From an uncultured Neisseria sp. (GTDB lineage Bacteria > Pseudomonadota > Gammaproteobacteria > Burkholderiales > UBA11063), in the NCBI GenBank assembly GCA_964481375.1, contig CAYZUJ010000006.1:415-35091 (forward strand): DNA of 34,677 bases, read 5' to 3'. The stretch's first letter is position 1; every line of letters begins with the position of its first letter. Position numbers and translations under genes: made by a program. A model generated the notes under the pieces. That model had not been told where the DNA came from and ran no database searches. It saw only the letters and a list, made by a program, of their open reading frames with translations. Positions 1 through 9,758 of this stretch are shown piece after piece.

Positions 1-32
1 TAATTAGATATAGCTTTAAGGAAGAATAAAAT

Positions 33-1052
33 ATGCAGTCTAAGACTCAAGAGTTGTTAAAACCTAAATCAATTAATATTGTTCCATTTAATGGAGATAT
101 TAATAATTGTAAGATAGTAATGGAGCCATTTGAACGTGGTTTTGGGCATACCCTTGGTAATGCTTTGCGTCGTGTTTTATTATCATCAATGGTTGGAGCA
201 GCGGTAACTAAGGTTAAAATTGCTGGGGTAGCGCATGAATATTCAGTGATTAATGGTATTATAGAAGATGTAGTTGATATATTACTTAATTTAAAAGGTT
301 TAGTATTCAAATTACATAATACTGAATCAGTTAATTTAAAATTGCATAAAAAAGGTGAAGGCCCTATTTTTGCTAGTGATATTTCACTTTCTCATAATGT
401 GGAAATATTAAACCCAGAGCATATAATTTGTAATTTAACAAAGAGTGGTGAAATTGATATTGAACTTGTTGTTGAGGCAGGAGTGGGTTACCAAACAGCT
501 CAATCTAGACATGAATTAGCCGAAGATTCATCTATTGCGGCTGGTTGGATTTTACTTGATGCAGGTTTTTCACCAATTACTCGAGTTATATTTAATGTAG
601 AAAATGCACGTGTTGAACAAAAAACTGATTTGGATAAATTGGTGTTAGAAGTAGAAACTAATGGTGTAATTACACCAGAAGACGCTGTACGTGATGCTTC
701 AAAAATATTAATTGAACAATTACTGGTATTTGCGGGTCTTGAACATATGCCTGAATTAGAGTCAGTAAGTGATAAATTATCTAAAGTAAAAGAAGAGCCA
801 GAGGTTGATCCGGTATTTTTAGAGCTAGTTGATAATTTAGAGTTAACAGTTAGAAGTGCTAATTGTTTAAAACATTTAGATATTAATTATTTAGGTGATT
901 TAGTTCAATATTCAGAGGCTGAGTTGTTAAGAACTCCAAATTTGGGAAAAAAATCTTTGACTGAAATCAAAGAATTATTAGATGTTCGTGGTTTAAAGTT
1001 AGGTATGTCTATTGATAATTGGCCACCTTCATCAATTAAAAAAAAGAAATAG
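33..1052 (+). CDS. rpoA: RNA polymerase alpha subunit
   Basis: [57 protein letters not shown]; AAGGA RBS upstream; followed by rplQ. Confidence 0.99.
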   Translation: MQSKTQELLKPKSINIVPFNGDINNCKIVMEPFERGFGHTLGNALRRVLLSSMVGAAVTKVKIAGVAHEYSVINGIIEDVVDILLNLKGLVFKLHNTESVNLKLHKKGEGPIFASDISLSHNVEILNPEHIICNLTKSGEIDIELVVEAGVGYQTAQSRHELAEDSSIAAGWILLDAGFSPITRVIFNVENARVEQKTDLDKLVLEVETNGVITPEDAVRDASKILIEQLLVFAGLEHMPELESVSDKLSKVKEEPEVDPVFLELVDNLELTVRSANCLKHLDINYLGDLVQYSEAELLRTPNLGKKSLTEIKELLDVRGLKLGMSIDNWPPSSIKKKK

Positions 1053-1074
1053 ATTTATAATAAGGAAGTGAATT

Positions 1075-1473
1075 ATGCGCCATCGTTGTGCTCACCGTAA
1101 ATTTAATCGTACTTCAGCACATAGAAAAGCAATGTTTAAAAATATGGCAACTGCTTTATTAAAGCATGAAGCTATAGTTACTACTTTGCCTAAAGCTAAA
1201 GAATTACGTAAGATTGTAGAGCCATTAATTACATTAGCAAAGAAACCATCTTTAGCTAATCGTCGTTTAGCTTTTGATAGAATCCGTGATCGTGAGTTAG
1301 TGGTTAAATTATTTGATATATTAGGGCCACGTTATAATACGAGAAATGGTGGTTATACTCGTGTTTTAAAATATGGTTTTAGAGACGGCGATAATGCACC
1401 GCGTGCATTTATAGAGTTAGTTGATCGACCTGAAACAGCTACTGAAATTATTGAAGAAGAATCAAGCAATTAA
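1075..1473 (+). CDS. rplQ: 50S ribosomal protein L17
   Basis: [43 protein letters not shown]; directly after rpoA. Confidence 0.99.
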   Translation: MRHRCAHRKFNRTSAHRKAMFKNMATALLKHEAIVTTLPKAKELRKIVEPLITLAKKPSLANRRLAFDRIRDRELVVKLFDILGPRYNTRNGGYTRVLKYGFRDGDNAPRAFIELVDRPETATEIIEEESSN

Positions 1474-1505
1474 TTACTAAATTTTAATTTAAAATTTTAT
1501 AGATT

Positions 1506-1542
1506 AAGCCAATTTGTTATAATATCCAAATTGGCTTTTTTT
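1506..1542 (+). terminator. Rho-independent terminator of the alpha operon
   Basis: 11-bp stem AAGCCAATTTG (1506-1516) / CAAATTGGCTT (1527-1537), 10-nt loop, T7 tract 1536-1542. Confidence 0.8.
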
Positions 1543-1589
1543 ATAATTCATTAATATATTATAAAAATTAATATTATAGGGAAGATATT

Positions 1590-2678
1590 ATGGGGAAATT
1601 ATTAAAAATCCATTGGCTTCTTTTTTGTATTATTATTTTTGTTGTTAGCCGCTTATTAATGCTTTATCAATATAATTTGATGAATAATATTTTACTTCAT
1701 TATCATAATGATTTTTTTAAAGTAATGTGTAAATGGGACTGCGAGTGGTATATTACTATTATAAAAAATGGTTATGATGTATATCCACGTTTAACTCCAA
1801 AAATTTGGCATGGGTTAGCTAACTGGGCTTTTTTTCCATTATATCCTTATATTGTAAAAATAGTTATTTTTTTTACAAATACATCACCTATTGCAACAGG
1901 TGTTATACTTAATCAATTGTTTATTTTTATTGCTTTTATAGTTTTTTATAAATATTTAAAATTATTTGTTGATGAATTGAATAGTCGCTTTGGGGTTTTG
2001 CTTTTAGCTTTTTCACCGTTTAGCATATATTTTGCTTCTATTTATACTGAAGCTTTGTTCTTATTATTATCATTATCGGCATTTTATTTAATGAGAATGA
2101 ATAAACCTATTTTATCAGCAATCTGTGGAGGATTATTATCGGCGACTCGTCCTGTTGGTATAATGTTTTCTTTACCGTATTTTTATTTTAGCATAAAAAA
2201 TAATAATAAAAAATATTTAACTACTATAATTGGTTTTTTATTAACTACTAGTGGATTATTGCTATATATGTTATATTTATATTTTCATACAGGTGATGCA
2301 TTAGCTTTTAAACATATTCAACAAAAATGGGGTAGAGTAGGATTTTCTACACAATGGGCTACGCAATTATATTTAATGATAAAAGATTATCATAATTCAA
2401 TTATGTTTTTAATTTCATGTATTTTATCAATATATTTATTCTTTAGTAAGCACATAGAAGAGGCGGTTTTTAATTTGCTATGTATATTACCTGGGGTATT
2501 AACAGGCCAGATGATTTCAGAAGGTAGATTTAGCGGTACATTATTTACCTTTTATTTTGGATTAGTTTTACTTGCAAAAAACTCTAGAACTTTAAAGCTT
2601 GTTTTTGCAACTTTATTTTTAATCTTTTATATATCATATTTCCTTTATTGGATGGCACATGCTTCTTTTTTGATTTAA
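1590..2678 (+). CDS. Polytopic GT-C-fold glycosyltransferase (PIG-V/mannosyltransferase-like)
   Basis: Many TM segments; WDxxWYxxIxxxGY, AFFPLYP, PFSIYF.SIYTEALF, TRPVG and Q..WGR motifs typical of PIG-V-like GT-C enzymes. Confidence 0.75.
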   Translation: MGKLLKIHWLLFCIIIFVVSRLLMLYQYNLMNNILLHYHNDFFKVMCKWDCEWYITIIKNGYDVYPRLTPKIWHGLANWAFFPLYPYIVKIVIFFTNTSPIATGVILNQLFIFIAFIVFYKYLKLFVDELNSRFGVLLLAFSPFSIYFASIYTEALFLLLSLSAFYLMRMNKPILSAICGGLLSATRPVGIMFSLPYFYFSIKNNNKKYLTTIIGFLLTTSGLLLYMLYLYFHTGDALAFKHIQQKWGRVGFSTQWATQLYLMIKDYHNSIMFLISCILSIYLFFSKHIEEAVFNLLCILPGVLTGQMISEGRFSGTLFTFYFGLVLLAKNSRTLKLVFATLFLIFYISYFLYWMAHASFLI

Positions 2679-2809
2679 AATATTATTTTTTTGATTTTGG
2701 AATTAATATAATTTTAATCATACTGAACATAGTAGTTCTATTTCTTACTATTGCAATCGTTTTCTATCAAAGTATTACCATAATGGACTTTTTATTTATA
2801 CTACTAATA

Positions 2810-2983
2810 TTAAATATTCTTATCCTGAATTCGCATAATTTCTATTGCTTCTGCTACATTTAATAAAGTAAAAGCTTCATTGAGGTTTAGTGGGTAATCT
2901 TGAATAATAGTGCCTTTTTCAGTAAATTTAGCAGTTTGTTTTTTAATTTCTTCAATATTATATGATATTTTTTCTTGTGTCAT
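2810..2983 (-). CDS. Small hypothetical protein, 57 aa (MTQEKISYNIEEIKKQTAKFTEKGTIIQDYPLNLNEAFTLLNVAEAIEIMRIQDKNI); not in the ORF track
   Basis: ATG at 2983 with AAGGAG (2991-2996) 7 nt upstream; co-directional, 37 nt after the stop of 3021..3983; translated by hand. Confidence 0.55.
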   Translation of the reverse strand: MTQEKISYNIEEIKKQTAKFTEKGTIIQDYPLNLNEAFTLLNVAEAIEIMRIQDKNI

Positions 2984-3020
2984 AGCTATTCTCCTTTAAA
3001 TCATAATAAGTAATTATATA

Positions 3021-3983
3021 TTAAAATGATTTTAATAATGCAGAATTAGTTGAATTTTTATCTAAGACAATTATTGAAGCATTACTGGATATAGAGCTTT
3101 GAATATAGTTTAAAACCATATTGTTATTTACTTTATTCTCAGTAGTGATTAAATCATTTATAGGTAGGAGATCATAAATAGGTAAAATTACAAATTTATT
3201 TTGGTAATTATTGTTTTTGAATTGCTCTTGAACCATTTGTAATGTTGAAATTTTTTTAATAGCAGAGAAGTCATTAGGAATGGTTATAGTAGTAGTATTT
3301 TTGTCCCATATATTATCAAATTGATTTAAATCTTTTGAAGAAGATAGTATAATTATTCTTTCTTTTCTTTTTTTAATTTCGCCAATAGTTAAATTATTTA
3401 AGTTTTTAGGTAATAAGTATGCTCCTAATTGTTGTTCTAAAAAATCATGAAAGTTTTTAATTTCATTAGCATTCATATAACCATTTTCTGTCCATAGAAA
3501 ATTGCTAAAATCAATAATAATTATTTCTTCAGGATATTTATTAATAAATTGAATTATTTGATTATTTATCTTAGTTAGTTTATCTGTAAGAAAGTAATTA
3601 GAAGTGTAATAATTTTTATGTTGTTGACACACTTGTATTTCTAAATAGCGAATTCCTTGGGATAATTGCTCACTAATATCATATTTTTGAGTATTTAAAT
3701 GATTTATAAAATTTTTAACATTGAATTGATTATTACTTAATAAATATTCTTTTAAGTTAGCATTAGCTGATTTTATATCTGTTATAGTTTCACCAGAGCA
3801 TACTTCTTCGCTACCGTTAATTTTATAAGCATTAGCTAAATAAGAGCCAGGTAGGGCTATTTGTGTAATATTTTTATTATCAATATTTTCTTTATTAACT
3901 TGCATCCAATTAGTAGAAGAGGATGTACTGCATGCAGTGATTGTAGTTAATATATATATAACTAAAAATAGTTGATTTTTCAT
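3021..3983 (-). CDS. Predicted lipoprotein with a PI-PLC X-domain-like phosphodiesterase fold, catalytic residues absent
   Basis: Signal peptide with lipobox ITA-C; IALPGSY, TQ..DISEQL.QGIRYLEIQV and FI..YPEEIIIIDF match the PLCXD/PI-PLC pattern PG[ST]H..TQ..I.EQL..GIRYFDLR..P.E.VI.DF. Confidence 0.7.
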   Translation of the reverse strand: MKNQLFLVIYILTTITACSTSSSTNWMQVNKENIDNKNITQIALPGSYLANAYKINGSEEVCSGETITDIKSANANLKEYLLSNNQFNVKNFINHLNTQKYDISEQLSQGIRYLEIQVCQQHKNYYTSNYFLTDKLTKINNQIIQFINKYPEEIIIIDFSNFLWTENGYMNANEIKNFHDFLEQQLGAYLLPKNLNNLTIGEIKKRKERIIILSSSKDLNQFDNIWDKNTTTITIPNDFSAIKKISTLQMVQEQFKNNNYQNKFVILPIYDLLPINDLITTENKVNNNMVLNYIQSSISSNASIIVLDKNSTNSALLKSF

Positions 3984-4003
3984 GATATCCTATAAAGTAT
4001 GTA

Positions 4004-5917
4004 TTAATTTAAATAAGTATTAGCATTTAACATTTTTTCTAATATGCTAAATAAGTAACGTTGTTCTTTCTTATTTGAAATTTCTCTAGAAATATATTTT
4101 TTAAAATGCAACAATAAATCTTCTTGGTTAAAACCAACTCGTTGTAAGGATTTTTGGACAGAAAAACCATCATGAATATCATTAATAGTAAATCCATTTT
4201 TACCATCTAGGGTAATATCAAAAACGGTTACAGGACCAAATAAATTATGTAAATTCCCCATGATTTCTTGGTAAGCACCAACTAAAAAAACTGCTAATAA
4301 ATAAGGGTTGTTTTTATCAAATATTGGAAGTTTTAAGGAAGGTTCGTTACCTTGATAATCCATATAACAAGATATTTTTCCATCAGAATCACAAGTGATA
4401 TCTTCTATTATTGCACGCATTTTTGGTTCATTATTTAATTGCGATAAAGGGACTACAGGAAATAATTGACCAATCGCCCACATGTCAGGCATTGATTGAA
4501 ATAGTGAAAAATTTACTATTACTTTCTTTGCGAGGTCTTCATCTAATAAATCGTAGAGTTCTCGGTGGCTCCTAAAACTACGATTAAGTTTTTTAAGTAT
4601 TCGTAGTTTAATATGGGAAAATAGTTGTTCAGCAATAGCTCTTTTTTCTAAAGAAAGTAATCCCTTGGTAAAAAGATTTTGTATGCTATCAATAGCTACT
4701 ATGCTTGATGAATATATTTCGTTAATTGATAGTTTATCAAATGAATCTAATAAGTTATCTAATTCAATTAAATCTTCATCATTACTCTTAACTTCTGGCA
4801 ACTCTTCGCCGACAATTGGTTCAACATCGACAATATCAGTTATTAATACAGCATGGTGGGCAACTACAGCTCGTCCAGATTCCGAATATATATCTGGAAC
4901 ATGAATATTATTAGCCTCTGCATTTTTTTTAATAGTTGTTAGTATTATGTTAGCGTATTCACTTAAAGTATAATTAGTAGAATTAAAGCTTCTTGTTCTA
5001 CTACCTTCATAATCAACAGCTAAACCACCACCAATATCAATAATTTTTAAATTTACACCTAGTTTATGTAATTCAATATAAACAGTAGATAACTCTGTTA
5101 TATAGTATTGAATATCTCGTAGATTGGCAATTTGGGATCCTTGATGACAATGAAGTAAATGAAGATGTTCAAAGAGATTATGTTTTTTTAATAGAGAAAT
5201 TAATTCTAATAACTGAGTGGTATTTAAACCAAATTTTGATTTTTCTCCACCCGAATGCGACCATTTGCCAGCAAGAACTAAAGCAAGTCGAAAACGTACA
5301 CCCAAAAGAGGTGTTACATTTAATTCATTAGATAGCTCAATAATATATGTAGCTTCAATCATTTTTTCAATTACAATAGTTATATTACGCCCTAATTTTC
5401 GTGCAATAAGAGCAATTCTAATATAATCTTTATCTTTATAGCCATTACAAATAATTGGAGTTTTATTATCTTTGATAGAAGCCAATACTGCTAATAATTC
5501 AGCTTTACTTCCAGCCTCAAGACCATGATTGCCATCTTTTAATTTAAGAAAAGAATCAATAACAGTTTTATGTTGGTTAACTTTTATAGGATAAATTAAA
5601 GAATAATTAGCAGCATAATTTAGTTCTTTTTTTGCGTCAGCAAATGCTTTAATAATTCGTTCTGCTCTATTTTGTATAATATCAGTAAAACGCAATAAAA
5701 TAGGAGTATTAATACCCATACTTTTAACTTCATTTACAATATCATTAATAGCCAAGGGAATATCAGATAAATATTTACTGCGCTTAACCGTAATTTCCCC
5801 ATTTTTATTAATGTCAAAGTAGCTATTTCCCCAGCCATGAATATTATAGAAATCACGGCTTTTTTTATAGTTCCAAGTAGATTGATTTTCATTTAATGAC
5901 ATTAGTATATCCATCAT
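4004..5917 (-). CDS. speA: Biosynthetic arginine decarboxylase (true start may be 5902)
   Basis: YPIKVNQ (PLP lysine), GLEAGSKAEL, CNGYKD, HQGSQI, SESGRA, DITCDSDG, GAYQEIMGNLHNLFG. Confidence 0.97.
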   Translation of the reverse strand: MMDILMSLNENQSTWNYKKSRDFYNIHGWGNSYFDINKNGEITVKRSKYLSDIPLAINDIVNEVKSMGINTPILLRFTDIIQNRAERIIKAFADAKKELNYAANYSLIYPIKVNQHKTVIDSFLKLKDGNHGLEAGSKAELLAVLASIKDNKTPIICNGYKDKDYIRIALIARKLGRNITIVIEKMIEATYIIELSNELNVTPLLGVRFRLALVLAGKWSHSGGEKSKFGLNTTQLLELISLLKKHNLFEHLHLLHCHQGSQIANLRDIQYYITELSTVYIELHKLGVNLKIIDIGGGLAVDYEGSRTRSFNSTNYTLSEYANIILTTIKKNAEANNIHVPDIYSESGRAVVAHHAVLITDIVDVEPIVGEELPEVKSNDEDLIELDNLLDSFDKLSINEIYSSSIVAIDSIQNLFTKGLLSLEKRAIAEQLFSHIKLRILKKLNRSFRSHRELYDLLDEDLAKKVIVNFSLFQSMPDMWAIGQLFPVVPLSQLNNEPKMRAIIEDITCDSDGKISCYMDYQGNEPSLKLPIFDKNNPYLLAVFLVGAYQEIMGNLHNLFGPVTVFDITLDGKNGFTINDIHDGFSVQKSLQRVGFNQEDLLLHFKKYISREISNKKEQRYLFSILEKMLNANTYLN

Positions 5918-6785
5918 AAGTTAGAAGTGTTTTATACAAATCGGGGCGCCTATCCCGAAAAATACCCCAACTAGCTCGTTTCTGGGCAACTTTATCTAAA
6001 TCAAATTCTGCAGTAATTACAGTTTCATCACTTTCATTAGCCTCTATAATTATTTTGCCCTCAGCATCAGCAATAAAAGAAGAACCGTAAAATTTAATGT
6101 TAGTGCTACCTATATGTTCGCTGCCAATACGGTTAGAAGCTACAACAGGAATTAAATTAGCTGCTGCATGCCCTTGCATGCATAATTGCCAATGGTCTTT
6201 AGAATTGATCAGCTTATTATGTGGTTCAGAGCCAATAGCTGTGGGATAGAATATAATTTCTGCACCTAATAAAGCTAAACAACGGGCAGTTTCTGGATAC
6301 CATTGATCCCAGCAGATACCAATCCCGATTTTCGCAAATTTGGTATTAAATACTTTAAAACCAGTATCTCCTGGGTTGAAATAAAATTTTTCTTCATATC
6401 CTGGTCCATCAGGGATATGCGATTTTCTATACAAACCAAGGACTTCGCCACTAGCGTCAATAACTGCAATTGAATTATACCGAGCCTGATTGCATTTCTC
6501 AAAAAAACTAATGGGAATAACTATATCCAACTCTTTAGCAATTTTTTTAAAATGGTTAATTGCTAAGTTTTTTTCTACTTCAGTTGCAAATTTATAATAA
6601 TCAGCAATTTCTTGTTGACAAAAATATGGAGTTTCAAATAACTCTTGAATTAGAATAATATTACTACCTTGGTTTTTAGCTTCTCTAACCAATTTTTCTG
6701 CTTTTTTAATATTTTCTTCAATATTCCATATATCATCTTTATTACATGCCATTTGCGAAGCTGATACTTTAATTAATCTACTCAT
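5889..6785 (-). CDS. aguB: N-carbamoylputrescine amidohydrolase
   Basis: Nitrilase-fold E-K-C triad: QELFETPYFCQ, YRKSHIPDGPGYEEKFYF, ICWDQWYPE; YPTAIGSEP; lies between aguA and speA. Confidence 0.96.
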   Translation of the reverse strand: MSRLIKVSASQMACNKDDIWNIEENIKKAEKLVREAKNQGSNIILIQELFETPYFCQQEIADYYKFATEVEKNLAINHFKKIAKELDIVIPISFFEKCNQARYNSIAVIDASGEVLGLYRKSHIPDGPGYEEKFYFNPGDTGFKVFNTKFAKIGIGICWDQWYPETARCLALLGAEIIFYPTAIGSEPHNKLINSKDHWQLCMQGHAAANLIPVVASNRIGSEHIGSTNIKFYGSSFIADAEGKIIIEANESDETVITAEFDLDKVAQKRASWGIFRDRRPDLYKTLLTYDGYTNVIK

Positions 6786-6805
6786 TTTCTACTACCTAAA
6801 ATCTT

Positions 6806-7828
6806 TTAAATATGTGGCATTTGTTGAGTAATGCAATGAATGTTACCCCCACCACGAATTATAAAACTACCATCAACTTGAATAATGTTCCTATTAGGGT
6901 ATAATTCTTGAAGAATTCCTACCGCAATTTTATCTGTTTTTTGAGCACTATCGCCAAATACTGGTAAAATTACCCCCCCATTTACAAGATAGTAATTTAT
7001 ATAACTTAAAGTTAGTCTTTCGTTATTATAATAAGTAATTGGTGGTTGAGGTATTGAAATAATTTCAAATTTTTTACCCAATGCATCTGTAGCATTTTCT
7101 AAAATATTAAGATTTTCTTTATAAATAGAATAATTGGGGTCATTAATATCGTTACATGATTGTATAGCAATTACATGTGGTTTGACAAAGGTGGCTACAT
7201 TATCAATATGCCCATCAGTTTCATCACCAAATAACCCCTTTTTTAACCAAATTATTTTTTTAATCCCAAGGTACTTCATTAAAACATCTTCTATTTCAGT
7301 TTTACTCAAAGAAGGATTGCGATTAGGGTTAAGCAGACACTCTTCAGTGGTAATTAATGTTCCTAAACCATCAACATGAATTGAGCCTCCTTCTAAAATA
7401 ATATTTGATTTAAAATTTTTGATATTTAGTAAATTTAATAAGTTTGTAGCTACTTTTGCATCATTTTCATAAGGAATATATTTATTGCCCCAAGCATTAA
7501 ATTGCCAAGATATTCCAGCTATTTCTTTTTTATCATTAATAACAAAAGTTGGGCCATTATCGCGCATCCATGAATCATCATGCTCTAAGCTTATAATATC
7601 AATTGTGCTACTACATAGCTTACGAGCTTTATTTTCTAACTCTTTAGAAACAATCATACTTAGAGGTTCAAATTCAGAAATTTTATTTGCAACATTTGCA
7701 TATGCTTTTTGTGCTTCTGGAAAAAGATTTTTCCAAGCGGTTTTTCTAACTGGCCATTCCATAAAAGTCCGTTGTTTTTTATGCCACTCAGCAGGCATAT
7801 AAAATCCTGCTTCTGTTGGGTAATTCAT
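6806..7828 (-). CDS. aguA: Agmatine deiminase
   Basis: MPAEW, WMRDNGP, FNAWG, EGGSIHVDG, ETDGHIDN, GGGNIHCITQQ. Confidence 0.96.
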   Translation of the reverse strand: MNYPTEAGFYMPAEWHKKQRTFMEWPVRKTAWKNLFPEAQKAYANVANKISEFEPLSMIVSKELENKARKLCSSTIDIISLEHDDSWMRDNGPTFVINDKKEIAGISWQFNAWGNKYIPYENDAKVATNLLNLLNIKNFKSNIILEGGSIHVDGLGTLITTEECLLNPNRNPSLSKTEIEDVLMKYLGIKKIIWLKKGLFGDETDGHIDNVATFVKPHVIAIQSCNDINDPNYSIYKENLNILENATDALGKKFEIISIPQPPITYYNNERLTLSYINYYLVNGGVILPVFGDSAQKTDKIAVGILQELYPNRNIIQVDGSFIIRGGGNIHCITQQMPHI

Positions 7829-7865
7829 TTTTTAATAATCCCTTAATTGTTAATAAATAATTTAT

Positions 7866-8866
7866 TTAAGGCATATAGCCATGATTTAGATAAACATCTA
7901 GGGCATAGCTAGCACCCAGAAATGCAGGAAATTCATCAATTATAACAAATATAGGCATATTAGCAAGAAATGGTCTATACCTGCCTTTATCTTCAAATCT
8001 ACTTCTAAACTCTGATTTTAGAAAATAATTTAAAATTTTAGGAATAATTCCCCCACCAATGTAAACACCGCCAAAAGAATTGGTAATAACTGCTAAATTA
8101 GAGGCGACAGTCCCAAGCATGCGGCAAAATGTATCGATACTTAATCTACATAACCAATCTTCTCCAGATACTCCTTTAGCAGTTATTTCAGCAGGGGTAG
8201 GCAATGCTTTAATTTGTCCCCCATAATACTGCAGAAAGCTTCATAAATTAATTGTATACCTGGGCCTGAGACAAAGCGTTCAGCAGATACATGGCTAAAT
8301 CTTTTATGGACAAATCGCCATAATTCAATTTCTTCATCACTAACAGGAGGAAAACTAGATCTGCCACCTTCTGCGGGAATTGCTAGATAACCACCCGTAG
8401 GGCTTTTAATTAATGTGGCCATGCCAAGACCAGTGCCAGGACCAATAATTGCAATAGGTTTATCAGGGTTTGCTTTGAGAAGTCCACCAACTTTTACTAA
8501 TTTTTTTTTATTTATATGGGGAATTGATAAAGCAAGAGCATGAAAATCATTTAAAAATATTGTGCTATCCATATTAATTTCTGTTCGAGTTTCACTCATG
8601 GATTGCCCGTGCCAATGGCTATTTACCATAAATAGAATATCATCAATCATGGGGCTTGGGACTGATAAAGCTACATGATGAACTGAATTTAATAAAGAAA
8701 TTTCTTCTAAATAACTTAAAATGGCATCTGATAATTTTAGATGATTTTTAGACTCTATAACATGAGTAAATTCATATTTGTAAGGTTCCGTTTCGATACT
8801 AAAGCGTGCATTAGTTCCACCAATATCGGCAATTAATCTAGGATATAAGCTTTTGCTTTTACTCAT
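7866..8866 (-). pseudogene. glk: Glucokinase split by a one-base frameshift (ORFs 8183..8914 and 7866..8204 are one gene); pseudogene, phase variant or sequencing error
   Basis: N half: ADIGGTNARF, NDF, GPGTGLG, SAER.VSGPG. C half: GGVYIGGGI.P, FR.RFEDKGR. One extra G in the G5 run (8218-8222) restores ...MGGQIKALPTPAEIT... and a 333-aa ORF from ATG 8866 (AAGGA upstream). Confidence 0.88.
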
Positions 8867-8901
8867 ATAAAATAATTTCCTTAATTTCAATTTAAAATAA
8901 T

Positions 8902-9570
8902 TTATGAATGCCAATATACGCTAATATCATTTCTTTTATCTAATAAATAACTTATTGGATAATTAAGGTTTTTATTTAAAATAGACTCTTTAAATACATT
9001 TAGTTTAATTTCATTGGATATATTTAAAAATAAGCAAGGAATATTTACAAGTCCATTTAATGATAAGCTAATTCTTTGATATTTAGCACCTATTGGGTTA
9101 GTAAGTAAATATTTATTTTTAGTATGAAGTGCGTCATCTAGTTCTGGCATATTAGGAAAAATGGAAGCGGTATGCCCATCTTCGCCCATCCCTAAAATAG
9201 CTAAATCAATTTTTTTTATATTATTATTTATATTATCTAAACATTTTTTTATATCATTTAAGTCGGATATTATACCTATAAATTTGGCCTTATGAGCATT
9301 AGATTTTAGCAAATATGTACGCACTAGATTTTCATTACTATCTAAATCGTTGGGTGATACTATTCTTTCATCTACTAAAGTAATAGTGATTTTATCCCAA
9401 GGTAATTCTAGACTAGATAATTTAGTAAATAGTGGTATAGGGCTTTTACCTCCAGATACAGCTATTACTATCTGAGATTTTGTTTTTATAGTTTGCATGA
9501 TATAATCAAAAATTGCTTGGCTAAGAGCATCTATTTGTTGTTTTTGAGTAGCATATACATTCAAGTTCAT
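8902..9570 (-). CDS. pgl: 6-phosphogluconolactonase (DevB/Pgl type)
   Basis: AVSGGKSP, LVDER, SNENLV, LGMGEDGHTASIFP, RISLS; adjacent to glk. Confidence 0.95.
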   Translation of the reverse strand: MNLNVYATQKQQIDALSQAIFDYIMQTIKTKSQIVIAVSGGKSPIPLFTKLSSLELPWDKITITLVDERIVSPNDLDSNENLVRTYLLKSNAHKAKFIGIISDLNDIKKCLDNINNNIKKIDLAILGMGEDGHTASIFPNMPELDDALHTKNKYLLTNPIGAKYQRISLSLNGLVNIPCLFLNISNEIKLNVFKESILNKNLNYPISYLLDKRNDISVYWHS

Positions 9571-9733
9571 AAAAATTCCTTAGTTATACTTTTATAATTT
9601 GATTATTTCCATTGGTTGATTTACTTAAATATTGATTAAAATTATTGAGTTTTTTGTTTAAAGAAATATTATTAAGAATAACTCCTTATTATACTACAAA
9701 ATTTATTGGTTAATATAGAGTTAAATAGTTGTA

Positions 9734-9758
9734 TGATGCACTTTACTTGACAATGGGC
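9734..9758. mobile_element. Isolated IS30-family-like terminal inverted repeat (remnant)
   Basis: Minus strand GCCCATTGTCAAGTAAAGTGCATCA resembles IS30-family ends with an inner AAGTGCAACA-like box (from memory); begins where the toxin similarity stops; no transposase next to it. Confidence 0.4.

Noticed and set aside
2648-2863. 71-aa hydrophobic plus-strand ORF
   Set aside because: Overlaps the glycosyltransferase 3' end and the better-supported minus ORF 2810..2983; no RBS; F/I/L richness is expected from T-rich DNA
7866-8204. 112-aa ORF as an independent gene
   Set aside because: It is the C-terminal part of glucokinase after the frameshift
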